A DNA stretch of 63,965 bases, the filler included, from an uncultured Methanosarcinales archaeon (GTDB lineage Archaea; Nanobdellota; Nanobdellia; Woesearchaeales; CAZXZL01): assembly GCA_964645415.1 (NCBI GenBank). It is 3 parts of 3 records of this genome, joined end to end, with 100 filler letters (N's around TTAATTAATTAA, not from the genome) between each part and the next. Parts side by side here need not be neighbours in the genome. Positions count along the whole stretch, not along the records: positions 45,560 to 63,965 come from CAZXZL010000018.1; 2 more parts are not named here. The stretch is one strand, 5' to 3'. The notes beneath the pieces are model-generated. The model did no database searches, had not been told where the DNA came from, and saw nothing but the letters and a program-made list of their open reading frames with translations. Positions 61,719-63,965 of the stretch are shown here, piece after piece. Within the stretch, counting starts at the first letter, position 1. Each line of letters opens with the position of its first letter. A program made the translations under genes and the position numbers.

Positions 61719-62495
61719 ATGAATTTAAAAAAAACTTTAAAAGAAGTAAGTAGTAAAGATTCTAAGAAGTTAGGCAAAGACATAACTATGAAAAGTTATG
61801 AATTTATAAAAGATAATAGTCTAAAGATAAAAGATTTTATGATAGAAGGAATTATAGAAAATTATGAAAGACATTTATTAGAAAATTATAGATATAATAA
61901 ATATTATAGTAATTTTAATAGTTATGAAGATTTATCCTTCTTTGGACTTTCTTTGAAAGAATATAAAACTTTATTTGAATCTAAAACTAATGGGTTAGAT
62001 AATACAGAATTTAAGCTTAATAAAAAATACTACAATTATTCTTTAGTTTCATCAAAAGTTCTTGAGATATTTAATAAAAAGATTAAAAAAGATAATGAAA
62101 AATGTTTTAGTTTATTAGGAGATTTAATAAAGTCAATAAATAATGATTTTTATATAATTTCAAAAGATCATTCTGATTCAATAAATGAAGAAGATATTTA
62201 CAAATATGTTAAAGGAATAAAAAATGGTTTATCATTTGCTATGCAAATTTATAGTGAAGATTTATTAAGAGAACAATTTAAAGAATATTATAAAGAATTA
62301 AAAGAAGTTGAACCTAGTTTTTCTTTTAGGAATGATAAATTTAAAAAAGAATATTATAATAGAGATAATTTAGAAGAAATATTAAAAAAAGAAAGGTACA
62401 ATAAACTTTACAAAAAGATTTATCAAAATCAATTTTATAAATTAATTATTCTTGATAAAGAATTTCAAAATAATATAAATAAGTTAATCAAATAA
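61719..62495 (+). CDS. Hypothetical protein
   Basis: 258-aa ORF 11 bp after PhoH. Confidence 0.6.
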   Translation: MNLKKTLKEVSSKDSKKLGKDITMKSYEFIKDNSLKIKDFMIEGIIENYERHLLENYRYNKYYSNFNSYEDLSFFGLSLKEYKTLFESKTNGLDNTEFKLNKKYYNYSLVSSKVLEIFNKKIKKDNEKCFSLLGDLIKSINNDFYIISKDHSDSINEEDIYKYVKGIKNGLSFAMQIYSEDLLREQFKEYYKELKEVEPSFSFRNDKFKKEYYNRDNLEEILKKERYNKLYKKIYQNQFYKLIILDKEFQNNINKLIK

Positions 62496-63008
62496 TTTTT
62501 TATTGATAATTTCATTAATCTTATTATAACTATTTTTAATTGAGGTATTTGTGTTAATTATATAAGGATTATGATTAAATTCTTTAGAGTCAATATTACA
62601 AACATCAAATATTTCACAATCTAAGTTTTCTCGTATCTTATTTGGATTATAATTTCTTGATTTTAATCTTTTCTTTAAGGTACTAATATCTGTTTTTGTA
62701 ATAAATAATAAATCAACTAATTCAGGTTTAATATAATGAGAAAGATGAGAGTCAAATATAATTATTTCTTTATCATTTAAGTTAATAATTTCTTTAAAGA
62801 TATCATTTAATTTTTTTTCATTAATTATAACAGAATCTTTAATTTTATCATAACCTACTTTAACTTTAGGAAATTTTTTAACTAAATAATTATGATCAAC
62901 ATATAATACATTTGTTAATTTATTTTCCTTTAAGTTATGATATAATTTTTTAGCTAAAGTTGTTTTACCAGTACCAGGGGTCCCACTAAAACATACTAAA
63001 TATGTCAT
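62484..63008 (-). CDS. Adenylate kinase 6 (Fap7-like)
   Basis: SGTPGTGKTT, DSHLSH and RLKSRNYNPNKIRENL motifs. Confidence 0.9.
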   Translation of the reverse strand: MTYLVCFSGTPGTGKTTLAKKLYHNLKENKLTNVLYVDHNYLVKKFPKVKVGYDKIKDSVIINEKKLNDIFKEIINLNDKEIIIFDSHLSHYIKPELVDLLFITKTDISTLKKRLKSRNYNPNKIRENLDCEIFDVCNIDSKEFNHNPYIINTNTSIKNSYNKINEIINKKLFD

Positions 63009-63009
63009 G

Positions 63010-63965
63010 TTAAAGAACTTGATCAAAGATATCTTTTACACGTTTATAACCTAAATCAATCATAAATCCTGCTAATCTTGGACCTCTCTTTTTTCCTAAG
63101 ATAATTAAATAAGAGGTTTTGAAAAAGTTTCTTAACTTAACATCATTTTCTTTACAAGTTTCATAGAAGAACTGATGTAACTTTTCAGGATCATCTTCTT
63201 TTTCTAACTCACTTAATACTTTTGAATAAACGTTTTTTAAGTTTTCACTTAATTTATCATTTACTTTCTCCTTTAATTCTTCTGATAATTTATCATTAAC
63301 TTCAAATTTGACTTTTTCAGGAGCATATAATTCAATCCAATTTTTTGCTGCTTTTAATCTTCTTTTAATTCTATTTTCATCAAATTCTGTTTTAATTTTA
63401 TCTTTAAAATGATTTAATGTTTCATCAATGTCTCCTTGATTTACTTGAATTAAAGTAACAAGATGTCTAAATGGTACTTGTATTGGTTGTTTTTCTTGAA
63501 TATTATCTAGTAATGAAAGTTCATAAATTGCTTTTTGTTTATTTACTTCTTTTTCATTATCTTCTTCTTCGTTTCCATAATAAATTCTTTCACATCTTTC
63601 AAAATCTTCATAGATTTTAAAAACATCAAAATCAAATGAAATTGAAAATTCTGTGTTTGCTCTTTTTGAAGCAAATATCCATCTTACTATTTCAGGTTCA
63701 TATACTTTTAAAACATCATTTAATGTAATCACATCACCAGTAGAACTTGAAATTTTACCAGCACCTCCTTTAATTTTAACAAAGTCATACATCATATAGA
63801 CTGGTGCTTTTTTATCATAAATTTCTTCAGATATTATTTTTCCTGTATCACGACTTCCACCTTGTGTACTATGATCTTTTCCACCTGGCTCAAATACAAC
63901 ATCTTCATATTCCCATCTCATTGGCCAATCAACACGCCATTTTAATTTTACATTAGATGCAGTAT
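63010..63965 (-). CDS. lysS: Class I lysine--tRNA ligase, C-terminal part (5' end beyond the window)
   Basis: KLKWRVDWPMRW, EPGGKDH, KISSSTG and GPRLAGF motifs. Confidence 0.95.
   Translation of the reverse strand, partial: TASNVKLKWRVDWPMRWEYEDVVFEPGGKDHSTQGGSRDTGKIISEEIYDKKAPVYMMYDFVKIKGGAGKISSSTGDVITLNDVLKVYEPEIVRWIFASKRANTEFSISFDFDVFKIYEDFERCERIYYGNEEEDNEKEVNKQKAIYELSLLDNIQEKQPIQVPFRHLVTLIQVNQGDIDETLNHFKDKIKTEFDENRIKRRLKAAKNWIELYAPEKVKFEVNDKLSEELKEKVNDKLSENLKNVYSKVLSELEKEDDPEKLHQFFYETCKENDVKLRNFFKTSYLIILGKKRGPRLAGFMIDLGYKRVKDIFDQVL

Overview
This is very AT-rich archaeal DNA, most consistent with a DPANN archaeon (Woesearchaeales/Nanoarchaeota-like; inferred from gene types, not from a search). 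The window is three contigs joined by two artificial 100-bp spacers (Ns around TTAATTAATTAA, at 22684-22783 and 45460-45559), so adjacency across them is not evidence. Segment 1 holds a rearranged ftsZ-tyrS-secE-spt5-rpl11 // rpl1-rplP0-rpl12 cluster, two tRNA-Thr, dph5, taw1, HerA, helicases, DsbA and superoxide reductase. Segment 2 holds large acidic surface proteins, a trimeric HydABC [FeFe]-hydrogenase, TsaC, LonB with giant coiled-coil proteins, an LspA-like gene and initiator tRNA-Met. Segment 3 holds tRNA-Glu, Rpp21, XPD, a DEAD-box helicase, ALDH, MscS, PIN-PhoH, AK6 and class I LysRS. The strongest signals outside the ORF track are a dispersed, degenerate intergenic repeat family with iterated AACGAATA boxes (inverted copies bracket the ALDH gene), a canonical box C/D guide sRNA that plausibly targets the 23S peptidyl-transferase centre, and a candidate L1-binding leader. 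All calls are from motif recognition by eye; no searches were run.
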